A DNA stretch of 64,000 nt, from assembly GCA_973895155.1 (NCBI GenBank), contig OZ316894.1, positions 24,550,709 to 24,614,708 on the forward strand, read 5' to 3'. The DNA is from Marsupella aquatica (lineage: Eukaryota; Plantae; Marchantiophyta). Below are positions 26,196 to 39,230 of the stretch, one piece after another; position 1 is the first letter of the stretch; each line of letters opens with the position of its first letter. The notes under the pieces are model-generated. The model worked only from the letters and a program-made list of their open reading frames with translations, was not told where the DNA came from and searched no databases. The position numbers were made by a program, and so were the translations under genes.

Positions 26196-27899
26196 CCACC
26201 AGGCCCGTGACACAAAAGGCCGAATATGGTGACCTTTGTTAGCCAATAAGTGCAAAACCTAGATATCTGCAAGCCATCTTGTTCTTCCCTTTTTAAATAG
26301 AGTTTCCACTTTTATTTGTGCTTTGTAAATGCAAAGTGGACTGAACTTTTTCGCTATCCAATAACTTCATAATTGGAAAACCCTTGATAAGTGAACATGA
26401 AGTCTTGTTCACAATCCCATCAAATTTCAATTACTTATAAGTGCATGGCATTTTTTAGAAGAGGAAATTGCACTTATATGGTAGGGGGACCTAATTTAGG
26501 CTAAGGATGTACAGATAAGGTGGGACTAGAGAGACCGTTTGCTGATGGAGGATAATCGCACATTTAACAACATGATGTAAATCATACACTGTTATCAATA
26601 AGTCACAGTTCTACTGGTGCGCACTTCTGACATAACGGAAACCCCCCTTTTAGTACACTTGGGATGCTTTAACCTGCAAGTGTGCACTTTGAGAGACAGA
26701 ACTGCTATTTACATAGTCACAATCAAAAACTACTCTTCAGGGACAACAATTTAGAGTGAAGTCTGTAGACCATGTTTCTTGACACATAACTGAAGTTGGG
26801 GATGCAAGTGGAAATGAAATATGGGCGCAAGGTGAATGGCTAAAATATGCACAGCTAGTTTGAAATGTACTCACCTCAATTTATGTTCAAATAAAGGTTC
26901 AGTCAGGCTAGATTTCTTTTTGCCAGGGTGATGAGATAGCACGCAAGCAGGGTGATGGCATGCATGGATGAACAAGAAGATGGGAAACAACTTTTTCTTT
27001 TTCTATTTTGGTGCTGTAGAAGTATAAAGAGAACCAAATTTTATAAATGAGGGAAGGGAGAGATACTGATGAACCGTAATAGGAACCTTGAGGGGTACAA
27101 AAGGAGATACTAGAATAGGAAAGTTGATACAACCGAGGTTCAAAGACGTGGCTGACGGGTAGACGAGGGGATACTCCCATTGTCCCCATTTTATGCTTTG
27201 TCCCATTTTTAATATTCATAATGGCCCTGTGTTTGTTGGGTCCTATGCTTGTCAAAGTCGAAGATGACATCAGCCAAAACCTTAAAAGCAATCTCCTGTA
27301 CAGTAATCAAATCTGCTCAACTGACCTATCCATAGACTATGACTTTCTATATATGTTGGTGTTTGTTTTCGAAAAAAAATGTGAAACCGTTTACATGATT
27401 TGGTGCCCAGAAAGTTTCAAGGAAATATTTGCTTTTGTCAAAAAAGAAGAAGCTGCCCGGCATGCTTGGTTTAGCAAGTTTGTGGATAGCTTCTTTTTTG
27501 GAGTTTTTTGTAAAACTGTCAGAAAGCAGATACATGTCTCATCTGGTGATTATTTGGGGGAGGTTTTCATTTGACTTAAACTCTTGAGATCTACTTTAAA
27601 ATATATATATAATAAATAATAAATAATAAATATACACACTTTTTATATACAAAGGGACCAAACAGAGTACAAATGAACAAACAAAAGAGGGCCCAAGTGG
27701 ACAAAACCAATCGAAAAAGAAGTGAACAAAAGGGAACCACTAAACACCAAGAAAGAGGAACTAAAAATGAAGACAAGTGAAACGCACTATCAAAGCACAA
27801 AATTCTTGAAACTCCTAGAATGTCTTAAAGGCAGGGTACCCAATAAACGGGTCTCCTTCCTTAATTGCCTTCAGTATGAATTTTGGTTCTCTTGGGGGA

Positions 27900-28112
27900 C
27901 TAAAACAAAAATAAAGGGGAGAAAACAATGGGGAAATCCCATGGAAGACCAAGAAGTCAAAGAGTCCCAAAGAATGGCACGGGAACTAAAGCCCTGGTAC
28001 GCAGGTAACCTGCAAAGCATGGTAAACCTCATAGGATCAAGGGTCACAAACACAAATTTGTATAGAGACACTGAAACCAACAGCCTTGGCCCTCTGCAGA
28101 ATATATAGTGAA
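27900..28112 (-). mobile_element. Decayed 3' fragment of CRE-type non-LTR retrotransposon
   Basis: Its reverse complement (ttcactatatattctgcagagggccaaggctgttggtttcagtgtctcta...) aligns by eye with the ORF end of the CRE-like copy at ~59570-59690 (ttcactattcttcataggggtgaggcagttggttttagggcttcta...). Left boundary is approximate. Confidence 0.55.
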
Positions 28113-28580
28113 CAAGCTCAATACCCGTGCGTTGCACAATAGATGTCGTGACGCCCAAGATGTTGTTAAGAGAAAAGATGTCATGTCGCAATGTTGTTGA
28201 GCCAAAAGATGTCATTACGCCCAAGATGTCATTAAGAGAAAATATGTCAAGTATAAAGTTGTTGTTAAGTACAAAATGGTCCATAAGTAAAGTGATGTTG
28301 TTAGTCATATATGTTGTCAAGTCTCCGTTGTACAAAAGATGTTGTTGTGCAAATACGTTGTTGCATTTACAATATTGCTAAATAAAGATATCGTTAAGTA
28401 AAATATGTGGTTGCTCGAAAGATGTCATTGCACAAAAGATGTAGTTTACTAAAAGATATCGTTTGGCGGAAGATATCAATGCGTAATAGATGACGTAGTG
28501 CTAAAGATATAGTTGAAAACTATCATGGTGTGAAATAAAACTCGTTGTGAAAAAAAACTGTCGAGTGAAAGATGTCATGA
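28113..28580 (-). mobile_element. Non-autonomous Helitron-like element, copy 1 (3' end at 28113)
   Basis: Minus strand ends gtgcaacgcacgggtattgagCTTG|T, a degenerate version of the plant Helitron 3' terminus (hairpin + CTRR before T). The internal gacatc/gatgtc-rich sequence is homologous in inverted orientation to 56000-56070 and 56960-57300. The 5' end is not located. Confidence 0.65.
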
Positions 28581-29049
28581 CACAAAGAGAGGCTACAACC
28601 ACCACCAAAGTAAAACAAAATGAGAATGATTTTTAAATTTTTTTGTAATTTTTATCTTCTAAAACCTTCCTTCTTTTTCACTATTTTTCTTGTCTTGTCT
28701 TTGTCTCATTGATTAGATTGTGCACTATTTCTTGATTATGTAAAATATTTGTCATTAAACTCCTCTCATGATAGGATACTTCCTTTGCATGGCATTGGGC
28801 ATAGTATGACATGGATGGTAGAGGGAGGAGCACTTTGTATGCATGATTGGCATGGATGGTAGAGGGAGGAGCATGGATGGTAAAGGGGAAGACTTTGTAC
28901 TTTTCTTGCTTGGAAAAGAGTGTTCACACAAAACATAATTATTTTCTCTTATTCCTTTCTCTTTTTACAGTTCACTTTTCTTTCACTCAAAAAGCCTCTC
29001 CAAATTTGAAAGACAACCACTTCAAAAAGTGGTGCAAGTGTGTATTATA

Positions 29050-29332
29050 GGAGTTAATGCCTAAAAGGCACAGTACTAAAAAAGGGGCATGATTGAGGGT
29101 TCTGAGATGGCCACAAGCCCACTTCATGACACTCCACCATCTGCAGGCTCCCACCAAGGAAGGTTCAGTGTCACGCAAGCCTTGTTCCTTTGTTGGTATT
29201 TGCTTGGGGACCCCTTGGCTTGTTTTTCTTGGGGCCCTTTCCTCTCTTTTCCTCCCCTTCATTGGGTTGCTTTGCCTTTGAGATCATGTCTCCCGGTTTG
29301 GAGTTTTCTGCCTTTGGGCACTATGATATATA
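29050..29332 (+). mobile_element. 3' tail fragment of a dispersed non-LTR retroelement family
   Basis: cctccccttcattgggttgctttgcctttgagatc...atatata (29251-29332) matches tails at 30941-31022 and 59761-59843. Left boundary is approximate. Confidence 0.5.
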
Positions 29333-30779
29333 CCCAAGTGAAGACACTACCAGAAATCAAGCTTGCAAGATGCCTGAAACTGGTCAAAACTTTGACTAAC
29401 TCCAATCTACCCAACTGTGGCTATCAGGGGCAATAAGTGCACTGTGCTTGCCAAGTAGAAAAGAAGAAACAAGTGTTGACAGAATACTGGCGGAGCCAGA
29501 GCCCAGGATAGGATCCCCAGAACCCCAAGAGTCCAAACTCCACAGTACTCCACAGAAATTTGTATTTACTCCACAATTGTGGTTTCCCTTCTCATAATGG
29601 CTTCAGTTGGGCATCTCAAACCTCTACTTTCTGGCTCTGGTCGCAGTCAAAGACAAATTCCAGAGAAAAGCACCCCACACAAAAATGTGTCCGTACACTC
29701 CTAACTGATGACCAAAATTGGTAGTTTCAGGCCAAGTTTTTTTCCACAAACTTCAAGGTTTGAGATGCCCTAATGACTCCTTGTCTGGCTAACAGTCTTT
29801 GCTTACTCTTTGCAGTTGGTAACCCTGCTTTGGGGGCTCATTGACTTAATTTGCTCTCTGGTGAGAGTTGTCATCCCTGTTTAGTCCCTAAAATCTCCAA
29901 GAATTTCAAGTTTGACAAAAGAATAAGAAGCTTGATCTAACCAAGATTCCAAATAAACTCCATTGTATTGGGTTTTCCGGGGGGTTTTCCTTTGTTGCTC
30001 TATAATTAGTCACTTGGTCCGTCAACATAGACAAACTTACTTATGTAGTAATTCAAAGGTTGAGAAAAACGCATTGTGTAGTCCATTCCATGCAACAGAA
30101 AAATGTTGGTCACATGTAAGTTTTTGGAGAGTCACATCGTATTCCACTATGTATTTAGAGGCCATGTACAAGCAAGTCAAAGGTCAAGGAGGGAGGAGGA
30201 GGCATTTGTAGATTTCAGTCCATATTAGTAAGATTTCAGTACAATCCTACACAACTTCTGGATGGGGGCAACATTGGCTGCTATTGGCGTTCCTTTTTCT
30301 GTTTTGTGGAGCTTTTTTTTAGATGCAATTTTCTTCCAAAGATTTCGGAAAATAAAGTAAAAGTAGAAAGTCAGAACCTTTTGTACTCAAACTGAAAAAG
30401 CAGTGTGACGTAGTCTGCCGGATCGACCAATGAATGCTTCCTTATATAAACTCTTATTGGTCTCTCAACCTACAAAGTAGGGTTTCAATGAGATACCAAC
30501 CAAGGGCAGCCTGCATGCCATGGTCCTTGAAATCCTGGCCCTCTACATTCCCAAACATTCTGGGCAAAAGGAGATTTCACAAGATCTCTGTAAATGATGA
30601 GTGTGATTTATCCTTGTAAAATAAAGTATTTTGTTTGTTATGAAATTCAAAGGTCTTGAAAGGAAGGGCTGGAAAAGTTGAGGTAGTTGCCCTTAGATTC
30701 CTCAAATGCTCCAGTCAGGCCTGTCTAGGGATATGGGTCCGGCATGAAGCACTCTTGCAATGATAAGGCGACATGAGTG

Positions 30780-31022
30780 AGTGAAAGGGCCAATTTTTTA
30801 AACACCATGCACATGCAACACTGCCCTAAAAGACTTATGGATGGTTTCTTGTACCAACTGTCCTTTAATTGACCCTCCAACTGAACATACTTATCATGAT
30901 TTTGACCCAAAGCTCTTCTGCCTTCCCTGTGTTTTTCATTGCCTCCCCTTTATTGGGTTGCTTGCCTTTGGGATCTTGTGGGGTATGGTGCTTTTTGCTC
31001 TGTGCAGTATTCTATATAAAAA
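30780..31022 (+). mobile_element. 3' tail fragment of the same non-LTR (CRE-like) family, ending in tatataaaaa
   Basis: cctcccctttattgggttgcttgcctttgggatc...tatataaaaa is shared with 29251-29332 and 59761-59843. Left boundary is approximate. Confidence 0.5.
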
Positions 31023-31426
31023 GGTGACCGAATGAGGACATATTGAAAATAATTCAAAAATTGATGGTTGATGGTAAAGAGATGGAAAATTAAACGATCT
31101 CATCAGAATGTCCGTCCATGACAAGGTGCATGGGACAACTCCTTAGGCAGAATTTATAGACTGAGAGCATCTCCAACCATGAATCTCCAAATTGGTCAGT
31201 TGCAGGTCAACCTTTTTCCTGTTGCATGTCCCACATCTGCCACTGGGGTTTAATTTGGTGTATCTTTTAGAATATCACGTGCCATCCTGACCTAATTGGT
31301 TATCTCTATTTTATGAAAAAACTCTGTAATTATTTGAATTTTAAAATAGGTATTATATTTTACAACCTTATTTTCTTCCTAGGCTTCATAAAAGATTTGT
31401 CAAAACACCATGAATTTTGCTAGAGT

Positions 31427-31559
31427 TTTCCAATGAACTTAACATTGATAGATTTTGTCAAATACTAAGGAGTTGATTCATGGATACTAACCATGAAATT
31501 AAAAACTCATCAACTCCTTAGTACTTGACAAAATGTGTCAATGTTAAGTTCATTGGAAA
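31427..31559. repeat. Inverted repeat/hairpin: two ~51-bp arms, ~31-nt spacer
   Basis: Left arm tttccaatgaacttaacattgatagattttgtcaaatactaaggagttgat (31427-31477) is the reverse complement of 31509-31559 with about 3 mismatches. Degenerate copies of the arm (cattggaaagctagag) continue to ~31830. Confidence 0.85.
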
Positions 31560-33410
31560 GCTAGAGAAATTTGGATACTCATGATCTCTCTAATTGTTGA
31601 CTAATACTCTCAATGTCACACATTAGAAAGCTAGAGAGATTGAAAACCTCATGATCTCTTTAGTATTTTGCCAAAATCTAATATGAAATTTGTCAATGTG
31701 AGACTCAATGTAGGAAAGCTAAAAGAGTTCATAAACTCATGGTCACACTCATTGGAAAGGTAGAGAAATTCAAAAACTCATTTGGAACTTGACAAAATTT
31801 GTCATTCTGAGGCTCATTGGAACCCTTTCTCGATTAAGAGATGTCACAGTCCCATCAACGTCACAAACTTAGTAGCTGCAAATTGATTTATTTGATTACA
31901 TCATCATCGCTTGCCCGCAACGCTTGCTTCCCGGCTTGAATTGTTCGCGTCCCTCCACGCTTCATCTGAAGCTCAATTTGAACACAGGTTAATGACGCCA
32001 AATGCAACTTCTATGTCAAAGAAACAATCGCTGGTCTCCCGGCGGTCTCCCCCTCACACCATAGCTTTCTTAAAAAAAACTACAAAACCTTCATGTGAAG
32101 TAATGACTCGTCCGTTTTGTGTGTTCTTCCCACCAAAATGACAAGTGCCCTTTTGCCAACAGCTGAGTGCTGTCCTCTAATCCGTCTTGTGACGGTAATG
32201 CTCAATGTAACTCACAAACGATCAATTAGGAATGGTACAAACACGATTTCTCCAATGTGTAAACGAAAACCGTCAAAAACTCAATTCCTCCACATTCAAC
32301 CTTCTGTTTGATACACTAGAGAGTCATCTCAACCAGATTGATCTCCTCTGTCTTTCGAACGTTCTCTTTTGTACGAGCACACACCAAGACAACCGGGAGA
32401 CTCAAAACCAGTGGTTACCGCCTTGCTGAAGATTGATTTCACTTCATCTCACACTGTACATTCCTTAGAGGAACATGGGGGTCCACGGATTAATTGATAT
32501 ATCACTGTCTTTTAGTAGATTGTTAAAAGTTTCTTATTAATTGACAATTTTTTGACATAACCACTGGTAGAAAGAAACTCTTTAGCTACTCTAAGATTTT
32601 CCAAGGTAAGATAAGAAACCTCTTTTAAAGGTAAGATAACAAACTCTTCCATTTCTATGGAGATAGGAGTAACAAGTGAATGTAAGAAATCCTTTGGCTA
32701 CAGACTATGGACAGTAAGAGGACTAACAAGAAAATGTAAGAAACCCTTTTGTTACTAAGGACAAAGTAAGCATTTTGTGTGTACTGTCACCTTGAATAAT
32801 CTCTTCTTTGTTTTCAATGAAATTGATTGGGTCTTAATTAAAGATTACCTTTAAAATGCACTTCATTTTTTTCCTTGAAAAAAATGCACTTCATTTAAAA
32901 TCCTTCATTTAATAATTGTCCTCACATCTCCATATTTAAACCTATATTTACAATCGGCAACTCTTCATCGTACCAACTAGTTGAATATCACCAAGCTTAC
33001 ATAACCAAGGGGTCGTCAAAGTAATTTTGCCTAGTCTCATCTCACATCCCCTCTTCTGCCCTTGTTTTTTTGGTTTGTTTTAGTAAGAGGAAGGACACAG
33101 GGTCCCCATCAATTTACCAATTAAGGGGACAAAAGCCACCAAAGCAAAAGGGAAAAAGGGTGCACAGGGGCAAGGTGGTTTGCAGGCCACCACCAAAAAG
33201 AAAAAAACACCCAATTATTAGTCAGGCCATCAGACCCTGAAGAGCCACTTGAGAGTAGCTCTCCAAATCCCAGATCAGTTTCATTATGATCTGTCTACAT
33301 CTACTCTGAAGCAATTATGCAAAAGTCCCACTGTTTATGAGAAATACCAAGAGATTGCATCCTTCTCAATATGCATGTTTTTAGTCATGTTCCTATTTCT
33401 ATTTCTATGC

Positions 33411-33476
33411 TGCTTCCTTCTTCTTTTTGAAATCCGACACCATTGCTTCCTTCTTCTTTTTGAAATCCGACACCAT
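33411..33476. repeat. Exact 33-bp tandem duplication
   Basis: tgcttccttcttctttttgaaatccgacaccat x2. Confidence 0.9.
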
Positions 33477-35124
33477 TCAGACACGATCTTGAGCGTTCTG
33501 GTGAGATCAGCACTTCTTCTGTCATGTCTTCAAACGTAAATCTTCTTCCTCTTTTTTGTTAGTAGTTTCAATCGGGGTTTCAACTAGCATCATCACAGGT
33601 GTTTAGTGCAAGTGGGCCTAAGTTGACCATGTAAGCTTAACCTACATGATCCAAATGCAGAAATAGGACAGTACTACAGACAAAATGTATCTCAGGTTAA
33701 CTTATCCAAGCTCCTTCCATCTTTTCTTCTGACAGTTTTATGGCTTGAAAGTGCTTGGAGTCCAGTCCATTTCTCTTGCCAGCAACCCATTGCTTGATAG
33801 CAACTCTTTTCCTTGGCTTTGCACCACCATCCCAGCCTCCCCAAACAGTCGCAGCCGGGAATTGCATTTTCTCAAAGCAAATGATCAAATGTTTCCACAC
33901 TTTGCTTGCACTTTCTACAGACTACCCGTTTTAGAAAAAATGACTCATTATCGCCTTGCTTTTCCTCATTTTCCCCCCAATGAGATACAACAAGGCTCCA
34001 AAGTTTGATTTGGGAACCCCTGGCTACAACTTCAAGCTCCCCACTAGCAAGGTCCTCCTCGCTTTTGACTTTGCATTGTATTTCTGTCATGTGTGGTTCA
34101 AATCTCAAGTTCCCTTGTAAAATCATGACTGAAAGTTTCCAGATTCTGCTGCTACTGTCACCTCCAGTTTGAATTGACCTGCAACCCCTGATTCAGATAG
34201 GAGCTTGTCAGATTTAATTTGGAGCTGGGAGATAAAGATTTTCATCAGAGCGTCCTATTCTGAAGTTGGCTTGTCTCAGGATGACAGAGTATGGTTAATT
34301 AGTATTAAGTAAACTGAACTAAAAGGTTGCAAAGTTTGTAAATTTGACTGGAAAAGGGATATATTAGTATAGTAGTCACATCTACATTACTTGCATTCTT
34401 AGAATATTCTTGCCCACCCACTAAGATTCAAACACCACCAAACTGTTTGTAGTTTGCCAGATCAAAATTGATTTGGCTCTCTAGTGAAATTCCCACCCTC
34501 CTATGCTTTTTTTGCCACATGTCTACCAGATTTTTCAGTTTGTTGCTGCACAATAGGGCTTTGAGTTCTTTTTGCCTTTATTGGGGACTCTTGTGCCTTT
34601 TTGCTTTTTAACTTTTTTGCTTTTTGGTCATCTTGGGTTACTCCTTTTATAGGGTTTCCTTCCTTTTCCATCGATGACGGATGGAGCATTTGGATGGCAA
34701 GTTTGTGAAAAAGATTGAATCAGAGAATTACCGTGGTCAGGGTGTTGCAAACAATTATTAAAGATGTTTAGAGTTGAGTGAAGAAACTTAAATTCAAATG
34801 ACATGAAGATTAAAAACAGTGACCTCTCGTGATGCTTTGAAAGAAAACTCAGGCAAGAGTTTTCATCTTCAATGAGCTTTTATGTGGAGGGTAACCATGG
34901 GTTGGAGGGGATTATGGGTGTAATCCCCAAGGGGGTTCCAACCAACAACCCCTGAGCAGCCCATGGGTTAGCCCCCTTGTGAGTCTTTGGAAATTATGCT
35001 TACTTAGGAGTCACAACATTGATCAGTGCCAAAAACAAAAAGAATTAGATCTGATTGCTAGGATGTTATGGCCCATAGCCTTGAATGCAAAGACAAAGGA
35101 AGGGTTTAAAGACTACATTATAAA

Positions 35125-35290
35125 GAATTTAGACTATAATCTTGTCGCCTGTAGTACACCAAAAAAAGGCTGCAATTGACTGTTTAAATAATTTAGACTA
35201 TGATCTCACATGACGTTACTACACCAAAAAAAGGTTGCAGTAGACAATTTAAATATATTAGACTATGATCTTGCCGCCTGCACACCAATT
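35125..35290. repeat. ~65-bp tandem repeat, about 2.5 diverged copies
   Basis: ttagactat(a/g)atct occurs at ~35128, ~35192 and ~35258; the first two are followed by tacaccaaaaaaagg(c/t)tgca. Confidence 0.75.
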
Positions 35291-36796
35291 AGTTCATGGA
35301 TCCCCTACTTATTTATGCTTTTATACTTATTAGGAAGACAATGAACGTTCTTCTATTTTTGTTACTTTTTATTTTAAAAATAAAATATACACTATAAAGT
35401 AAGGGTTTACATCAAAGTGCTCATAACATTTTTAAATTGCATCACAAAATTTTGATGTTTCATAAGCATGTTAACTATTTTGTTAGTCAGGTAATTTTTT
35501 TAATAATCATTTATATTTGCACAAGCCAAGATGACATATAATAGTAGCAAATGTTGTCAATGATTTTCTATTTGGCTAAATAATGCCAAAATCTTGAGAG
35601 ATTTGCTTGGTGGGAACTCAAATGAAAACACTTGACTAAACCAGGCCCCATAAGTCCAAACTGGCTCACTGGGACCCCAAAAGTATGTTTGCAGTGGGAA
35701 AAGAAAACAGGGTTGTGAGAATTTTTGGCAGCAGACCTGCGAAATATGGGGGAAAAGTGAGGGTTCGGGACAACCTGTTCCTTCAGATTGGCTTCAATGC
35801 GGTTAGGAGGCTCTCAGGCAGGGAGACTCAGGTTTTCCCAAGCAAAAATTTAGAGCACCCAATGTTCACACATTCCTGGTTTGAGGGGAATCTTCTTGCA
35901 TTTGGTTTTAAACACCCTTTCATTCTTAATCCTCAAAATTGTATTAAAATAACCATAATGTTCTTTACACAAAAACTAATAATTGTTACACCAAACCCAA
36001 TAAAAAACTCTATATTTATTACCCAATAAAAAACTCTATATTTATTCATGTGTGACGGGTGAGAGGAAAATGACAGAGTACCTGGGGCTCAAGGGGCCCA
36101 AAGGAGAAAAGTAACTATTTTTCCCAAAATCTTATAATATTGTGACATATAAGGATTGAATGAATGGCTCAAAACTTTGGATTTCCTATTGCCTGTCCCT
36201 CTTGCTAGATTTTTGTGCAATTCATGCAAAAAAAACCTTTTACCACCCTAATGTCTCACCAGTAGATTTCAATTTATTCAATCAATGAACATACCAAATC
36301 TCAATAAGTTGTGGCTAACCCTACACTAACGCTTGACAAAAATGCAGACTAATTAGCAATTAAAGCTCAACAAAATCTCAACTGAACAAAAATTTCCAAC
36401 ATAAAATTAGTTTCCCCCTCGGCTCCACCCGAACCTTCCACCCGTGTTCTGTCTTTCTTTTCTCCCCAAATCCTAACCGACTATTTTCTTTCTCATTTTC
36501 CCTTCAATCTTTTATCAAATTGGTTTGATGAGGGTCATGAGAAACTTTTGGGACATTCATTTTTATTGAAATTTATTTAGCTAAGTGGGTGCCCAAAGAT
36601 AGGTAGTAACATAAAAATCTCAGCCCAAATGGGCTAGAGATGACAAAATTATGACTAAAAACCTCTTTTGATGCATCCTAGGATGCTAATGTACCCTAAT
36701 GACATAGAAATAATATCATGAAAATCCAAAAGAACAGATGACTAAAAAGTATCATTTGTTTAAATTTTTGAAGCTGCTATATTGTTGATTGAATTT

Positions 36797-37472
36797 TTGA
36801 AGCTACTATATGGTGAATCCAACTCTCATGTTTTGTCTTATTCATATTTGTGTATCATGAATGTACCTTAACAAGGGGCATCCTTTGTATCACATAGACT
36901 TTTAATTCATTTTTGGACCCCTTTAAATTTTTGGTATTCTATAGTGTTTTGAATTTATTTTGGCAGCCCCCTTAATTCGTATAATTTGTAAACTTTATTA
37001 AGTCCTAGAGAGAAACTAAGGGTTTCATTTTCTACCGCTTTTAAGTATAATCATGAGTGAGAGGAATGATTCTAAGAAATGTCAGCACATCCTGTCTTAA
37101 GCTCCCCTTGTGGCTTTCTTTCCTAAGTTTATGGTTTTTATTGAATAAGAGTCATTAATAATACACACTGAAATACGTGCACAACTGGTAGGATCTTTGT
37201 GTAATAGAATTGTACTTTCCATTGGTCACTATGTGCTTTTATTGTATGTGATTTATTTATATTATTTGATTTCATTGTACACAACTCGTAACAACTTTGT
37301 ATAATGAAATTGTACTTTCCATTGGTCACTATGTGCTTTTATTGCTGTACTTTATTTATATTATTTGATTTCATTCACATTTAATATGTATTCTAGTCTT
37401 ACTCTTTAATTTTGTCCACTTAATATCACTACAAGACAAAAAGTAAAGCATGTTCCAGGATGAGCATGCTAT
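36797..37472 (+). mobile_element. Dispersed AT-rich repeat, copy A (unclassified TE remnant)
   Basis: Colinear homology with 60459-61027: tttgaagct.ctatat.gtgaatcca, cctttgtatca, tcatgagtgagag, ttcctaagtttatggtttttattgaa, tgtactttccattggtcact, tcactacaag, agcatgttcca.gatgagcatgctat. Copy A has an extra ~100-bp-period internal duplication (37201-37375). Confidence 0.75.
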
Positions 37473-37803
37473 ATCCAACAAGGTGCCTTTTTCCCTTGTG
37501 GCTATTGTGCATTATCGTCCACCATCCTCTTTGTTAGCTAGACTGATTGAATGCATCAATCAATAAGATCTAACGGCCAGAGGTAATTGTTGTTGTTTTG
37601 CAAGTTAAATGAATGCTTTTATTATAATTCAAAAAATAAATTAAACAGTTATAAGAGGTTTTTTTTTTGCCCCCACTCTTTCTTGTTTGGGATTTCCGAA
37701 TTTCAAAAGTTTTATTATTCCTGGATTGACTTTCTTCTTAATGGGAAATTTATTTCTGCACTTTGATTAGCCATTTTTAGGAGATTTGACCATTTTTAGT
37801 AGA

Positions 37804-38547
37804 CAGTTTTTTACTAACCTATCCCCCAAACTGAGCTAAATTACTAACCTACCCCCAAAATTATTTTAATTGCTAGGTTGCCCCTGATATTGTATACATT
37901 AATAGTTTTAGCTAACCTAGGATGATTTCTCATTGGTGGACTGACACGTGGGGAGGCACTATTGGCTCCACCTTACTCTGGCCGAGTTTACCCTCATCGG
38001 GCTATCTCTTTCCCATTTTTTGAATGAGCCCTGCACCAAACAGGGCTGGCCTATCCCCCTCTTGAGTTCTAAATCCCGATGACCCAGCTCGAATCAGGTG
38101 GTAGGTTTAAATGTGGGTTTGTTTACACATGGAAAATATGTATACTATCGGGGCCTCTTTCCTTCAGAAAAGTGGGAGTAGGGTGGATCATCATGACCCA
38201 AGGATCATCAGGTGTGGGACCCCTTTTTTGAAGGGAAATCGCAGCACCCAGCCAGCAAGGTCGTTGGGATTGAAACTTGCGAGGGGGAGGGGCCAGCCCT
38301 GGTTGGTGCAAGGCTTGTTCAAAAAATGGGAAAGAGCTAGCCGGGTGAGGGTAAGCTCGGCTAGGGTAAGGCGGAGCCAATAGCGCCTCGCCATGTGTTA
38401 GTCCACCAATGAGAAATCACCCTGGGTTAACTAAAACAGTTAATGTAACCTATGTATACAATCTGGGAGGTAACCTAACAATTAAAATAATTTTGGGGGT
38501 AGGTTAGTAATTTATCTCAGTTTGAGGGAGAGGATAGTAAAAAGCTG
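37804..38547. mobile_element. Mutator-like (MULE) non-autonomous element/MITE, 744 bp, ~280-bp imperfect TIRs, 10-bp TSD
   Basis: Starts cagttttttacta and ends tagtaaaaagctg. Inverted arms span ~37804-38085 and ~38260-38547 (e.g. tttctcattggtggact / agtccaccaatgagaaa). Flanked by the direct repeat ttttagtaga at 37794-37803 and 38548-38557. Long TIRs with a 9-11-bp TSD define the Mutator superfamily. Confidence 0.88.
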
Positions 38548-39230
38548 TTTTAGTAGATTAGTCCTTTCTTTCCTTCAGAACATGTATCTATGGAGAACAT
38601 GCAAGATGTGAAGTGAGAAGTACATCTTGGCCATAAATGTTGGGTTAAGTCAAATGCTTTCACTCTAGTCTACTTTGTTTGGCCCTTATCCATAAATTTG
38701 GTCCTCTTTCTTCTCTACTAAAATTCAAGTCTGCACTTTGTTTGGCGGTTTTTAGTAGATTAGTCCTTTTTTCCTTCAGGGAACATTTCTGTATGGAGAA
38801 CATGCAAGATGTGAAGTGCGAAGTATATCTTGGCCAAAAATATTGGGTTCAGTTTGCTTTCACTCTAGTGTACTTTGTTTGGCCCTTATAATTAAAGTGG
38901 TCCCCTTTCTCCTCTAGGGAAAATTTCAGTCTTACTTTGTTTGGCCCCTTTCCCTAAATTGGTCCTTTTTGCTTCAGGGGAACGTTTCACTAGAACATGC
39001 AAGATGTGAAGTGAGAAGTACATCTTGGCCAAAAATATTGGGTTCAGTTTGCTTTCACTCTAGTGTACTTTGTTTTGGCCTTTATAATTAAAGTAGTCCT
39101 CTTTCTCCTCTAGGGAAAATTTCAGTCTTACTTTGTTTGGCCCTTGTCCTTAAATTGGTCCTTTTTGCTTCAGGGGAACATTTCACTAGAACATGCAAGA
39201 TGTGAAGTGAGAAGTACAAGTTGGCCATAT
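38548..39230. repeat. Tandem array of ~195-203-bp units (~4 copies) upstream of the kinesin-2 gene
   Basis: gaacatgcaagatgtgaagtg(a/c)gaagta core recurs at ~38595, ~38798, ~38993 and ~39189. The units also share gctttcactctagt.tactttgttt. Confidence 0.9.

Noticed and set aside
26990-27220. Possible minus-strand LINE 3' end (…MGVSPRLPVSHVFEP…)
   Set aside because: The resemblance is too weak and there is no second copy in the window to confirm it.
33690-34700. Short minus-strand ORFs (e.g. Lys-rich 62 aa at 34501-34689) as a gene
   Set aside because: I could not assemble them into a consistent spliced frame or recognise a family. They may be decayed TE or gene fragments, but that is unsupported.
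37427-37440. cactacaaga resembling a CACTA/En-Spm terminal repeat (also at ~60980)
   Set aside because: It lies inside the homologous dispersed repeat with homology continuing on both sides. I found no matching opposite terminus or 3-bp TSD.
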